DNA of 63,308 nucleotides, the filler included, from Reticulomyxa filosa (Eukaryota > Protista > Foraminifera), in the NCBI GenBank assembly GCA_000512085.1. It is 8 parts of 8 records of this genome, joined end to end, with 100 filler letters (N's around TTAATTAATTAA, not from the genome) between each part and the next. Parts side by side here need not be neighbours in the genome. Positions count along the whole stretch, not along the records: positions 1 to 20,914 come from ASPP01014697.1; 7 more parts are not named here. One strand, written 5' to 3'. The notes under the pieces are model-generated. The model was not told the DNA's origin. It did no database searches and saw only the letters and a list, made by a program, of their open reading frames with translations. Of this stretch, positions 1 to 12,121 are shown piece by piece; position 1 is the stretch's first letter, and each line of letters starts with the position of its first letter. The position numbers and the translations under genes are program-made.

Positions 1-146
1 AAAAAAGAGAAAAGTATGAACATTGCATTTTGTTGTATCTTTGATCATGGAATGAAAGAATGAAATTATTATTATCTTTTTTTTGAGAGTGAAAATGCAA
101 TTGGGATAGGACATAATGGATGAAGATTGGGTTCACTGGACCAAAG

Positions 147-2330
147 TTAATTTTTTGGTTTCTTTTGCACGGACCTTTTTTCTTGTTCTTGTCTTTGTTC
201 AGCGATTTCCTGTACACGCGACAACACGTACTCTTGCTGCGAACTTCCAGAAGACATAGTGTCTGTTTTGGTCTTGGTGTTGCTTGGTCGACTACCAGCT
301 ACAGCTTTGCTTGTATCGTCATCTCCATTCTTTGATTCAATTCCCAACTGTTTCCACAATCGTTTCGGCACAATTGTGTGCACAATTTTGCGCTGAGTTG
401 CTAACTCGATTTCTTCTGTTGTAAAATTGAACAGGTTTGGTCCCTTTTTGCAACCGGGAATTCTTCAATATATACAAACAAACCAATTTATATGTGTAAA
501 TATATACATAATACATATATATCATAATATGATGGTAAAAATATAAAAAAACAAAACAAAACTCCAAATCAGGTTGTCTAAGCTCATCAAAATATGAGTG
601 TGCCAAAGCATCAAAACAATCTAATCTCTCCGATGGAGTAAACACTAAAAATTTAGACAAGATGTCAACGGCATCATCGGGAACAGGTTCATTTTCATAA
701 GTAACACCACTAAATACCATTTTCCATGGCAATGCTTTGATTGCAGGGAACTCGGTGTATGTGTAGTGCGGATTCATTGCCATTATTTCACGGCGAGTGG
801 GAGTGCCCAGTACTTTTATTATTTCGATCAGTTGATCCACGCTTTTTTCCCTTGGAACAATGGTGTTGTTAAAACAGCTCACCCATTACACATCCCAATG
901 ACCATATATCTTTTTTATGTATTTATCCATTTATGTATTTGTCCATCTCAACGACAATACAAACAACAAAAAGAAAAAGAAAAGAGGGGACTTACCAATG
1001 GTAGTGTGATAAAAAGAAAACTCAAATATCAGTTCTGGAGCTCTATAATATCGACTACATATGTACGCTACATTGGCTTCGCCTTCTTTTAATTTCTTTG
1101 CACTGTCGATATTCATTCAAGTCATGCACAACCCATATTTGTATTTACACAAATAGGTAATGGTCAAAACAAATACCTTCCAAAATCACACAGTTTGACG
1201 GTATGAGTATCGGGATTCAACAACAGATTTTGTGGCTTGACATCACGATGACAGATTCCTCGGCTATGGCAATATGCCAAAGCACGGCATATTTGATACG
1301 AGTACAACTGTGTTTACAACAATCAAATATCATCATTTTTTTTTTTTGAAGTGAGCCCCTCCCCTTTTTTACCTCCCAGTAGTTTTTATTTTTATTTTTT
1401 TTTATGTTGGGATTCTGATTTTTTGGAACGTTCATTTAGAGATAAGTACATTCAATTTCTTCCTTACCTCCCTTCTTCTTTTCACGTACACTCACTCCTT
1501 ATCCTCTTTTTTTTTTTTCCCCACTGCAAAAAAAAAAAAATAACAATGTTTGGAAAACTTTAGTCAGAATAAAAGGGATCGTTTGTCCAGCTTTTGCATG
1601 GTTCTGAATTGTCACATAAAGTGTTTCCGGAATAAATTCCATCACCAGATTTAGAAAGATGTCTTGATTAATCTAATTTATGTGTATTTCATACGAGTTT
1701 GTTTTTTTTTCATCACGTATACATACTCTTCCCCCCCTTTTACACTTTTTCGTATTGTCTCTTGAAAAAACGTACACGTAAATTTTTGGGTGAAAAATAA
1801 CAAAAAATTTTTTTAATTTTTATTTGGTTGACTAAACTCGTGAATAAAAACAATCTTTTAACGTGACGACATTAGGGTGCTTGACTATTTTCATTATTTC
1901 CAACTCTCGATTCTTTTTGTCATTGTTGTTGTTTGTGATGGTTCATGTTTTAGTAAGGGGAACAACATAGAATGTGAAAAGCCAAAGGGGAGAGGGGAGG
2001 AATTTTTTTTTTTTTTTAAAAAGGGGGAGGATTGAGCAGTTCTAGTTTTTATTTGGCTAGTTAAGTTAGTCAGTTAGTTGGTTCAAGATACAAAACTTTG
2101 TATCTACGATCCTCTTTGACCTTTTTGATTGCGACAACATCTTTGGTGGTTGTTGAGACTGCTTTATACACAACGCCAAATGTTCCACTGCCAATCACTC
2201 GCTCACTCGAATACCGCAACTTTTTCTTATCTCCTCCTTGGTTCGAATCTTTGCTGCTGTTGGATTCTGTTCCACCATTATTCGATTGCTTCTCGTTTGC
2301 TTCGGTTGATGCTTGCTTGTTTTGAGACAT
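147..2330 (-). CDS. GSK3: GSK3/shaggy-like Ser/Thr kinase, multi-exon; two homopolymer indels at ~843-874
   Basis: Spliced translation gives [24 protein letters not shown]|[41 protein letters not shown] and [20 protein letters not shown]. Introns are GT-AG (e.g. 1558..1308). Confidence 0.95.
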
Positions 2331-2959
2331 CGAGCTTTAGGTTGATCTTGAGTGCGACTTACCAAAAAAAAACCAAAAACAAAAAACAGAATTATTTTGC
2401 TCCTCTAAGCAAACAAAAAAAAATGGTAATAGATTTTGGTTACTCGGCTGCTCAAATTTCAATAAAATTTGAACAGGACTATTATCATGCACCCGCTACT
2501 CTCAAAAAAACCCCTTGAATCGGTTCAAATGTTACTATTTACCCTCATTGAATTCGGCATTCCTCTCACCGAATGAAGTGTCTCTACGTTTTGGATGTTA
2601 TTTGTTTTACATTTAAACTTAAAAAAAATATTTATTGTAAATACAACTTTGCAGAGTTTGAATTTGTTGTTTGTCATTATTAATTTCTTTGGAGCCCTTT
2701 CCATAAACTACCACCAGAGAAAAAAAAAAACAATGTCTAAATTGACTCGAAATTTTGAAATCTTTTTCGCCTCTCATATGAAACAAAGTTTCCAAAACAA
2801 GACAAAGAACAAAGACACTTGTATGGGACGCAAGTACATTGAAATAAGCTTTGCACATTAGCCTTTTGAAGACTGCCGCTTCTACAAAATGATAGGAGAG
2901 TGAGTATGTGTTTTTGTGTTTGTGTTTTGTGTACGCTAAGTAACGATCAGCAAAAAAGG

Positions 2960-5403
2960 TCAAGTTTTCTTGATAAACTCAGGCTGAACTTGAATGAGCG
3001 AAGGATCTTCAAGGTCCCTCCATTTTCCAGTGCCATTGGGGTCCAATAAACTGAACAACGATCCTTGGACCCGACGAGCACGAGGACTTTTGTGTTGAAA
3101 CTGAGACGTTTTTTCCTCGTTCGAACATTGAGCCGAATTATCCATATTATTATTATTGTTATTATTATTATTGTTATTATTATTATTATTATTATTGTTA
3201 TTACTATTATTATTATTGTTATTATTATCATTGCAATCGTCATCATCACTGGACACATAAGTGGCAACATCTTCAGGAATGCTAGTGTTTCTAGACCAAT
3301 CTTGTCCGTTCAATCGTATTTCAACATTGGTAAAGTTTTCTTTCTCTTCTAATTTCAAATCCAAGTCGGGAGATGAGGCAACGTGAGACACATATCCACT
3401 TGTTCATCACAAGCAAGCAAACAAACAAATAATCAAATAAATATTATTAATTATTTATTATAATTATTGTTATTGTTATGTTGACAAAATAGAATGTGAA
3501 ACTCATTGGAAGCACAATAGAACGCTTTGAACCATTGATTCAAAAGCAGCTCGGTGTCACACGCAAAGTAGTACTTGCGTTTTTCCGCGACGATTTGAAA
3601 AACGTACGGCTGGTAGCCATTGTATGTGATAAAGTTTTTATAGTTGGCGTGGCTTTTCTTGGTAACGACGAGCGACGATGAAGACTTGTGTTTGGTCGAG
3701 GGCTGCTTCCCACGGTTCACCTCGTCGCGATTGGCGTTTTGAACCACGGCATCGGACAAGCAAATGCTCCCTTTCACGTACATTTGCATCGCCTGTTGGA
3801 AGAACAACTCGTCGAAAAACACAATCGATTTGAATTTCTCACAGTAAAAATTCGTGCTAAAGTAGAATAGCCACCCTTTCGACAATGCGAAATAGCTCTT
3901 TTTCCACATTTCTGATTTCCTCGAGCTTTTTCTCCACATATACCCTTCGTGGCAAGTTATCAATTGTTTGGCCCCGTTCATTGAGTTTTTCAATCGTACC
4001 AACCAATCATTCTTTTTTTTTTTTTTTTTTTTTTTTTAAGTGTTGTATACGTTATGTATATGTTTGTGTTTATGTTTGTGTTTGTGTTGCACATGAACAC
4101 AAAACAAAAAAAAAGTTTTTGATAACTCTAGCAACAATAACACTATAAAACATACATTGGGCTAAAAATTAACTCTTTCTGTTTCTGTTTCCGTGGCAAT
4201 TACCCAATTGCGAAGGGGGGTTAGGAGTTGTACCGTATATGGTAATCTATTTTTTTTTTTTTTTGAATAAAAAAAAAGCAACACAATATACATTATACAT
4301 ATATATATATATATATATATGTATAATGTATATTGTGTTGGTTTTGTTTGTTTGCATTTCAAATAAAACTAAAACGTGTATTGGTCGCGGTCCCCAGGAC
4401 ACATCAATAACACTTGCTTCAGTTGGATAAGTCCAATTGGACACATATTTCGTTCGTTATCGTAATAACGCAGCTCATGCGTGTCGAACAAGACAAACCA
4501 GCGTTTCTTCCAAGACTTGCGTCTTGCACCGCGCTTGGTCAGCCACCCTTGGTGCAATCGACCACCAAAGGCCGCTTTTTCGATCACACTGCGCCAATTG
4601 TGCAAGTCCGAGTTATCACTTGCACACAGCACATACGTGCGCTTCGACGTGACTATTGCAAATGCAAACTCCTTATCCACATACGCTGTTTGGCGCATCG
4701 ACTTGCGCAAACTGTTTAAAACTTTGTCCCGTGTCGATGTTATTGTATTTTTTTTTTCTTTGTTGCGACTGCCGTTTTGGATTCATATTATTATTATTAT
4801 TATATCCATTGCTTTTAACACTTTCAAGACTTGGTGAATTCACCATATCCATCTTTGTTTCGTTTCCATTGCCATTGCCAAATTCTTCAGTGCTTGTCCC
4901 TCCATCTGCTAACATTGTGTTACTGCCTTCCAACCAGCTTGAAAATATGGTTTCATTTAGATTTCCATTATCTTCTCCATCTTTTTTTTTAAAAAAAAAA
5001 AATATGTGGATTGATACAACAACTTTTTTTTAGAAGGTCAATTTTTTCCCCCTCCTCTCTCCTTTTTTCAAAAAAAGATTTGACATAACTTACCCACACC
5101 ATAAACTGCACTTTTCATATCCCTTTTGGCTTGATCTTGTTGGCTGTCGTGCGTGCTTTTGTGCTCTTCTCTGCTTGGGATGAGATGGACAGATTGCACG
5201 CTTGACAGATCAATCTCTCGAATTGGATATTTTGCATTCACAAAGTCTTCTTCTTTTTCAAAATATGCCAACTTGCGTCCTTCGTACAACACAAAAAATC
5301 TCTTTCTCCACGATTTGTTTATGTTGCCCTTCTTCGATAGTATCCCTTTACGGATTGGCTTGTGCGATGTGTCTTCGCTTTGCAACGACATTTCTTGAGC
5401 CAT
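2960..5403 (-). CDS. Multi-exon protein with three PH domains and an Asn-rich C-terminus
   Basis: PH starts: KGILSKKGNINKSWRKRFFVL, QGWLTKRGARRKSWKKRWFVL, EGYMWRKSSRKSEMWKKSYFAL. PH end helices: DLHNWRSVI, LLNQWFKAF. One indel at the T10 run 4748-4757. Confidence 0.85.
3146..3232. repeat. (ATT/GTT)n trinucleotide repeat encoding poly-Asn on the minus strand
   Basis: Direct sequence. Similar Asn-coding tracts occur at 14088-14146 and 19133-19190. Confidence 0.9.
4279..4340. repeat. 62-bp perfect palindrome inside a PH-gene intron
   Basis: caacacaatatacattatac-(at)11-gtataatgtatattgtgttg. Confidence 0.95.
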
Positions 5404-6036
5404 TCGTATTACTAAGGCTGTTTACCAAAAAGAAAATGACGACGGAATGCGTGTTCACAAATCCAACCAATGGATTTTTAAGAAAGATTAGGATCTACCA
5501 ATAGAGGATATATCTTCTTTATATTACTTAAAATATTTTATCCCTTACAAACCTAACAGTAGTCATTTGTGCACTAGCACAAAAGATTTTATGCCGCACA
5601 GAAATAATTTGGTCCTTACTTCTTTTTTTTCTGTTAAAACATTCGAGATATTTTCAGATCCAGGCTGTCAATTTTTAACATGTGTAATATAAGTTGATAA
5701 TTCTCTTTTAATGTACCATGTCAAATACAGACTCGTTATCGATATAATTATAACTTACTTTGTCAAGCATAAGCAAAAAAAATTGTAAGGATGTACTCGC
5801 TAATTTAAGATAAAATTTACTTTATCAGACAAGAGAGATTGGTAAAAGTGACTTCACAAGTTTAAAATTTTTATTTTAAGGACTGGTCGATAAGAACAGT
5901 CTCGTTTTTGATGTTTCACACAACGACAGCATTCAGAAGAAGGTCGAACTAAAAAAAAACTTGTAAAGCTTTGTTGTTTTAAAGTTGCCAAATACCACGT
6001 TTTTAGTACCGCTATAATTTCATTCGGTGACGAATA

Positions 6037-9000
6037 ATGGAGAAAACTGCTGAACGAACGTTGGTAAGATAACTTTCAATTTTTGTTTGTGGTTCTTTTT
6101 TTTTTTTGTGGTTTTTTTTTATTGATCCACATTTAAAAAAAAAAATGTGTAGATAACTATGGAAATTTCGACAACAAGCAAGACGCGAGATGAGGAACAG
6201 AAGAGTTTGTTGTCAATGGATTGGCATTTGTTTCCATTAGAAGACTTAACAAAGCGTTTGGGGTGCTATGACATCAAAGGATATGTGGACCTGCAGAACG
6301 CAAAGAACAGCTTTGGATTGCCAAATGATGAAGCTGAAAGACGACTGGAGAGAGACGGAAAGAATATGTTGACAGGGCAAAAAGAACCATCTCCAGTGAT
6401 CCAGTATTTGAAAAAGTTTCTTGACCCTTTAATTATGGTGCTGAATATTTGTGGCGTGGTATCGTTTGTAATTTATGGGTTGGACCCGACGCAGTATGTG
6501 AACTTGTACCTGGCCGTAGGAGTGGTTATAGTTGTGCTTGTTTCCGTGACATTAGGATATATCCAGGAAGGACGTTCTCGTGCCGTGATGGCACACTTTA
6601 TGAAACTGATGTCCGCGAAATGCACGGTTATCCGTGAGGGCCGAGAGATAATCATCGAGACTGCAAATTTGGTTCGTGGCGATGTAGTGTTTTTGCGAGT
6701 GGGAGACGCGGTTCCCGCAGATGTGCGCTTGTTGTTTGTCAACGAGATTAAGCTGGAAAACTCTGTGTTGACAGGAGAATCAGTACCGGTGGCATGTCAA
6801 GACACGTGTCCTGATGACAAAACACCATTATTTGAAGCATCCAATGTTGCCTGGTCCAGCACCAATGTGGTTGAAGGAGAAGCCTTAGGCATTGTTTTTG
6901 CATGCGGAAATGATTCGCGAATTGGTTCCATCAGTGCATTGACGGACAAGACAGGAAGGGTGGAATCTACATTACAAAAAGAGATCAAAAGATTTGTATA
7001 CATAGTTGCTTCATTTGCCCTTGCCCAATCGATTTTGTTTACGTGATTGCGCTGGCGACAGGAAAAGATCCATTGCAATCGTTTGTATTTTGCTTTGTCG
7101 TGATTATGGTGGCCAACGTCCCGGAAGGATTACCTACTACAGTGGTGTCGCTGTTAACCATTATTGCAAAAAGATTGGCTGAAAAGAATGTAAATGTAAA
7201 ACGATTGCAAAATGTAGAAACACTTGGCAGTTGTACCGTTATTGCTTCGGACAAAACAGGCACCATTACCCAAAACAATATGAGCGTTTCTCAACTTTGG
7301 ATGGATTTGCAATGTTTTACTGCGGATTATGCACGAGCGGAAATGCCTTCATCGACAATGATAAATACCTTAGCAGAATACGTGCGAATGCCGTTTTTGA
7401 TGGAAACACAAGTTTCTTCTGTTGATGTGTTGCAAGGTGTTCGTGGGCAATCGTCACCGAATGTGATTTTAGCGGCTAGTCAAGATGCTGCTACTTATGC
7501 TAAAGATCAGGAAAAACACGTGTCGTTTACCTCGGATTCGGAAGCGGTAATGCGCTTGGTGCGCACTTTCGCAAACTTGGAATTAGTGGCGGCTATTTGC
7601 AATCGTGCCAGGTTCGATGATGAACATATGTTGGGCGACGAAGAGGCGACGAAATTGATGCGAATGCAACATATCCCTGTGGGAAGAAGTCGAAAATACG
7701 AAAAGCAAGGGCTGAAATTGATGGAAAAATTAAGCAAGATAGCCAGCGCAAAGTGCTCGGTGATGCATCGGATAAGGCATTGTTTCGGTTTGTAAGCAAT
7801 CGACAAAGCGTTGAGCTGTTGCGCTACCAGTATCGTATCCTTTTTGAAATTCCATTTTCTTCGTCCAAAAAATTTGCCTTGGTCGTGGTCCAGCCATTGG
7901 GGTCCCAACGTAAATTTATTTTGATGAAAGGCGCCCCGGAAATTGTCTTGGAAAAGTGCAAACATTTTCAGCTTCACGGCGCATCGCATGTTATTAACAG
8001 TGAGTTTTTGCAAGCCTTTGATGTTGCGTATGCATCCTTTGCACGTGATGGTGAACGTGTATTAGGCTTTGCGATGTTGGAAATGGCCGATTCATTTGCT
8101 GAAGAAAAGGAAAAGACAGAAGACAGCAGCGTAGCAGATGCGGAGGAAAAGAAGCCAGAGACAGGATTGAATGCTGCTAATCTCCCAATGACAGGTTATA
8201 CGTTTTTGGGAATGATATCGTTGGTTGACCCGCCGAAACCAAAAGTCGCAACTGCTGTGGAAGAGGTCCGCAATGCCGGAGTGAAAGTGATAATGGTGAC
8301 GGGTGATCATCCGTTGACTGCAGTGGCAATTGCAAACCAAGTTGGAATTATGAAACATCCATTACGCTCGGCCATGGCATTGGAAATGGGTTGCAAAGAG
8401 GAGGAAATTGATGAAAAAGATGTCTTAGCTGTCGTTGTTACCGGAAGAGAACTTAATTCATTTAAGGAGGAGGATTGGACTCGAGTGTTGTCCAAGGAAG
8501 AAATTGTGTTTGCTCGTACAACACCAGAGCAAAAATTAGCGATTGTGGAACATTTGCAAGCAATGGGACATGTTGTCGCTGTCACTGGTGATGGTGTTAA
8601 TGACGCACCTGCATTAAAAAAGGCTGATATTGGAGTGGCAATGGGTATTAATGGTAGTGACGTTGCTCGAAGTGCTGGGGCCATTATTTTAATGGATGAT
8701 GATTTCAGCTCAATTGTTGTAGGAATTCGAGAAGGCCGGCTGTTGTTTGATAACATTATGAATACGATTGCTTACACCTTGACGCATTTGTTACCCGAAG
8801 TAATGCCGACTGTTTTAAACATTGTTTTCGATTTACCATTGGCCATGGGTTCGGTACCAGTACTAGCAATAGATTGTGGTACCGAATTAGCTCCCGCGAT
8901 TGCCTTGGCGTATGAAAAAGCTGAAAGTGATGTCATGCTCCGCAAACCTCGTGACAGCAAAAAAGATCGTTTAGTCACTCTCCGATTAATGGCATACAGC

Positions 9001-9521
9001 TATGCCGTATGTGGAATTGTTGAATTCCTTGTTGGTTGGCTTGGATTTATGCTAGTGTTCAAGTATCATGATATTCCAATGAAAGACTTGATCTGGTCTG
9101 CTACCGATTATTGGGCTACAGATAGCAATGATTATCATTTATCAAATGGTAAAGTTTTATCGGCCTCGCAACAGGTTGAAATATTAAATCAGGGTCAAGC
9201 TATGTACTGGTTTTTGATAGTATCTGCCCAATTCTTTCATGTGTTCTTTGTGCGAACACGAAATCAATCAGTTTTCACTCGTGGTCTTTTTATAATGTCG
9301 TTCTCAATTATGGAGTGACGGTGGAACTTAGTTTGATGCTGCTTTTCCTCTTTGTCCCTGTTGTACATGACGATGTTTTAGGCTTTAATTACGAATTTTA
9401 CCGGCCATTGTGGTTTTTGTTTTTGGTTTCATGGGCTGCCTTATTCATTATTATTGAATCCTCCAAATGGATTCTAAGAAATCAAAAGCCTGAGTGGCTT
9501 GCAAAGAGGGTTGGGTATTGA
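6037..9521 (+). CDS. P-type ATPase, P2C (Na+/K+- or H+/K+-ATPase alpha-like); intron 6064-6152; three single-base homopolymer indels
   Basis: Motifs LTGES, VANVPEGL, DKTGT, KGAPE, MVTGDHPLTA, VTGDGVNDAPALKKADIGVAMG, AIALAYEKAESDVMLRKPR. The ORF pieces join when one base is added at ~7040, ~7730 and ~9290. Confidence 0.93.
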
Positions 9522-12121
9522 TGGGATCTTTGCGTTTTTTTTTGGTACTTTCTTGCTGGCGTGTGGAAGGTTGTGTTCTGCCAGTGCGCACCAGATGAAA
9601 GTACAGCCAAGTTTGAGATATATCCTTTTTCTTTTTTTTTCCCCCTTGTTTTATCACTTTGACATAGTGTCATTTTTTGGGATTTGGTTCGGTGTGTGCC
9701 AGACCAAATTGTGGGGAGTTCAAGGACAAAAATTGTAGCAGTTTTTGTTGTTGAATGTGACTTTGTTTGAGCAAGGATTTGTGTGAACTCGTATATTGCA
9801 ATTTCTTTCTTTGGAAATATTTCTGCAAATTTTAAAATTGCCGCAGTATTATCACAAATGAATGGAGGAAAATTATTTTTAATAGAGGAAAAATGTGCAG
9901 ATTGTGCAAAAAAATTTGTCACTGAGAATATTTATAAAAAACAAAACAATTTACTCAAACCTTTGGTAAAATATGCCTTCTCCAAAATTTCCTCATTGTT
10001 GTAATGTGGAATGGAGCGTATCATAATCATGTGTGATTCAACACAAATATCGAATACCTTATTTCAAACCAACAAGCTCATTGATTTTTTGTCGAATTGG
10101 ATGCGGTGAAGAATTTCTTCTTTTGCAGCAAATCATTTAATTTTTTCAATCAAGCCTTTTTTTTCTGAATGTTCATAGATCATTGATCAAAATGAAAAAA
10201 TTTTAATATCATAATAATCAAAATGTTTCTTAACACAAAAAAATGACAACAACCAAACATTACAAAGACTAAGAAAGAACGCTTTGTGAACTGCTTGTTG
10301 AAACAAAGAATGCGATTTTAGTAAGTTGTTCCAAAATGTCTTCGATATCGGTCTAAACTCGATCATGGAAATTAACTATCTTTTTCAAAACAAACAAGCA
10401 AACAAAAAACATACACGATGTAGGTACGTGTGAATATATGTTTGAGTGTATGTATATGTGATAGAGTGTGGAAATATATGTCTGTGTGCAAGCTTGTTTC
10501 TTACGAAACTAGTGTGCATACAGCATAATAATAGGATCGTTGTAATTAGTGATATTATAATTACTGACTGTCTGTTTGTGTTAGTCTTCTGGTTGGTCGT
10601 TTTATCAGGAGCACATATAACAAAAGACATGTTACTGCTTCTGAAGATAATGTTCTAAATAGTCGCAGTAATTAAGACTTTAATTATTGATACAGTATCA
10701 TTGATTGGATCAATTACAATCTTAACTACTGTGTGGACATAGTATGCTTTGAGTGATAACTATTTAATAACTTCCAGAAACTATTTACTTAATTCGTAAT
10801 TTATAATTATACGTTAAATTCAAATCAAAAAATACAACTTTAGTCGAATTGTCAACGATCATACACAAACAATTTGGTAAATTGCTAAAGTTGATGTTAA
10901 TAAAATCAAAGATATACATTTAAATATGTACTTTATCAACTGAATCTGACAATGTTTGTTTCCAGTTATAATTGTATATTCATTTTCAATTTATACAATT
11001 TTATTTTTTTAGCTTCAACATATACACTATAAAAAAAAACATAATTAAATATTAATGTGTTAAATGAACATAATTGTTATATACTTATGCCACAAGAAAT
11101 TCAAACAGCATTTCTATCTTTGTTTGATCACAAAGGACTTGCTACATAATCATTTGTAGCAAAGCACGTACAGTTCCAGCATTTGATATTCCAACGTATG
11201 ACTATATGATCAAATCAGAAGTCAACATTCATTCAACTAAAGTTCTATCATACTTCAATCAATTGTAAGATATAATATCATTTGAATCTATGACAAACAC
11301 ATCTCCAAAATCTGTGACTGATTGCAATCTGTTAAAGGTAACGTACAAAACTTATTCTAAAATTTGTTCAATCAAATTATCAAATACAATCAGATATAAT
11401 TTTTTTTAGAAAAGATAAATGAGAAAAACGTATAAAAAATAGAAATAGAAAAACATATAAAAAAGATATTACAAAAAAAACTTACAAATATCTTAGAATA
11501 TGAATTCCACTCGCAAACAGAAGTGGCACTGCAAGCAGATGATTTTGTGTATGAAGAATACGCCGATACATTACTTGATGATAAAAAAGCGCTTTATTTT
11601 ATAGTTTATTTTACTGTTTTATCTTACAACACGTAAGATAAAAAATAAAAAACTTGAAAAAAGTCTTTTTTCTGAGCCTAGCATAGTCAAGGCTCCAACA
11701 ACGAAATTGACAGTTAACATTGGACAAATTCTACCGATTTGCAATGTTTAGACGTTTGATCAAACACGTGAAAAAAAACAATAAGTATTATTTTATCTCC
11801 AAACCCCTGGTTTTCTTTCGTGAGTTTTTGTTCGTCATTTGGAAAGTTATATTTGGAAGCAGTTATACGAACAAAGAAACAAAAAATGTCTCAGAACGTC
11901 CTTTCTATTTAGATCTGTTATACTTTTTTCCAAACGACACTATTTTTTAAATGGGCATAAGAAAGCAACTTCTCTTGTACTCAATGGATAACATTTAAGA
12001 AGTATAGTACGACCGAAATTTACAGTATAAACAACGAACAAAAAAGTAAAAAAAACTATACGTAATTTAAAGACAAGGGAGGGATTAGTTTATTTGGTAA
12101 CACCACCAAAGGTGGAATAGG

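Noticed and set aside
2947-3352. Poly-Ile, poly-Leu and poly-Val ORFs (also 14038-14325 and 31055-31492)
   Set aside because: These are alternative-frame or antisense shadows of Asn-coding or Gly-Arg-coding repeats.
9482-10367. Minus-strand spliced gene overlapping the ATPase 3' end
   Set aside because: One plausible GT-AG intron is in phase, but the upstream frame has two TGA stops and there is no recognisable domain.
10385-11600. Decayed secreted or membrane protein gene on the minus strand
   Set aside because: There are only short Ser/Cys-rich and hydrophobic fragments with many stops, so no call can be supported.
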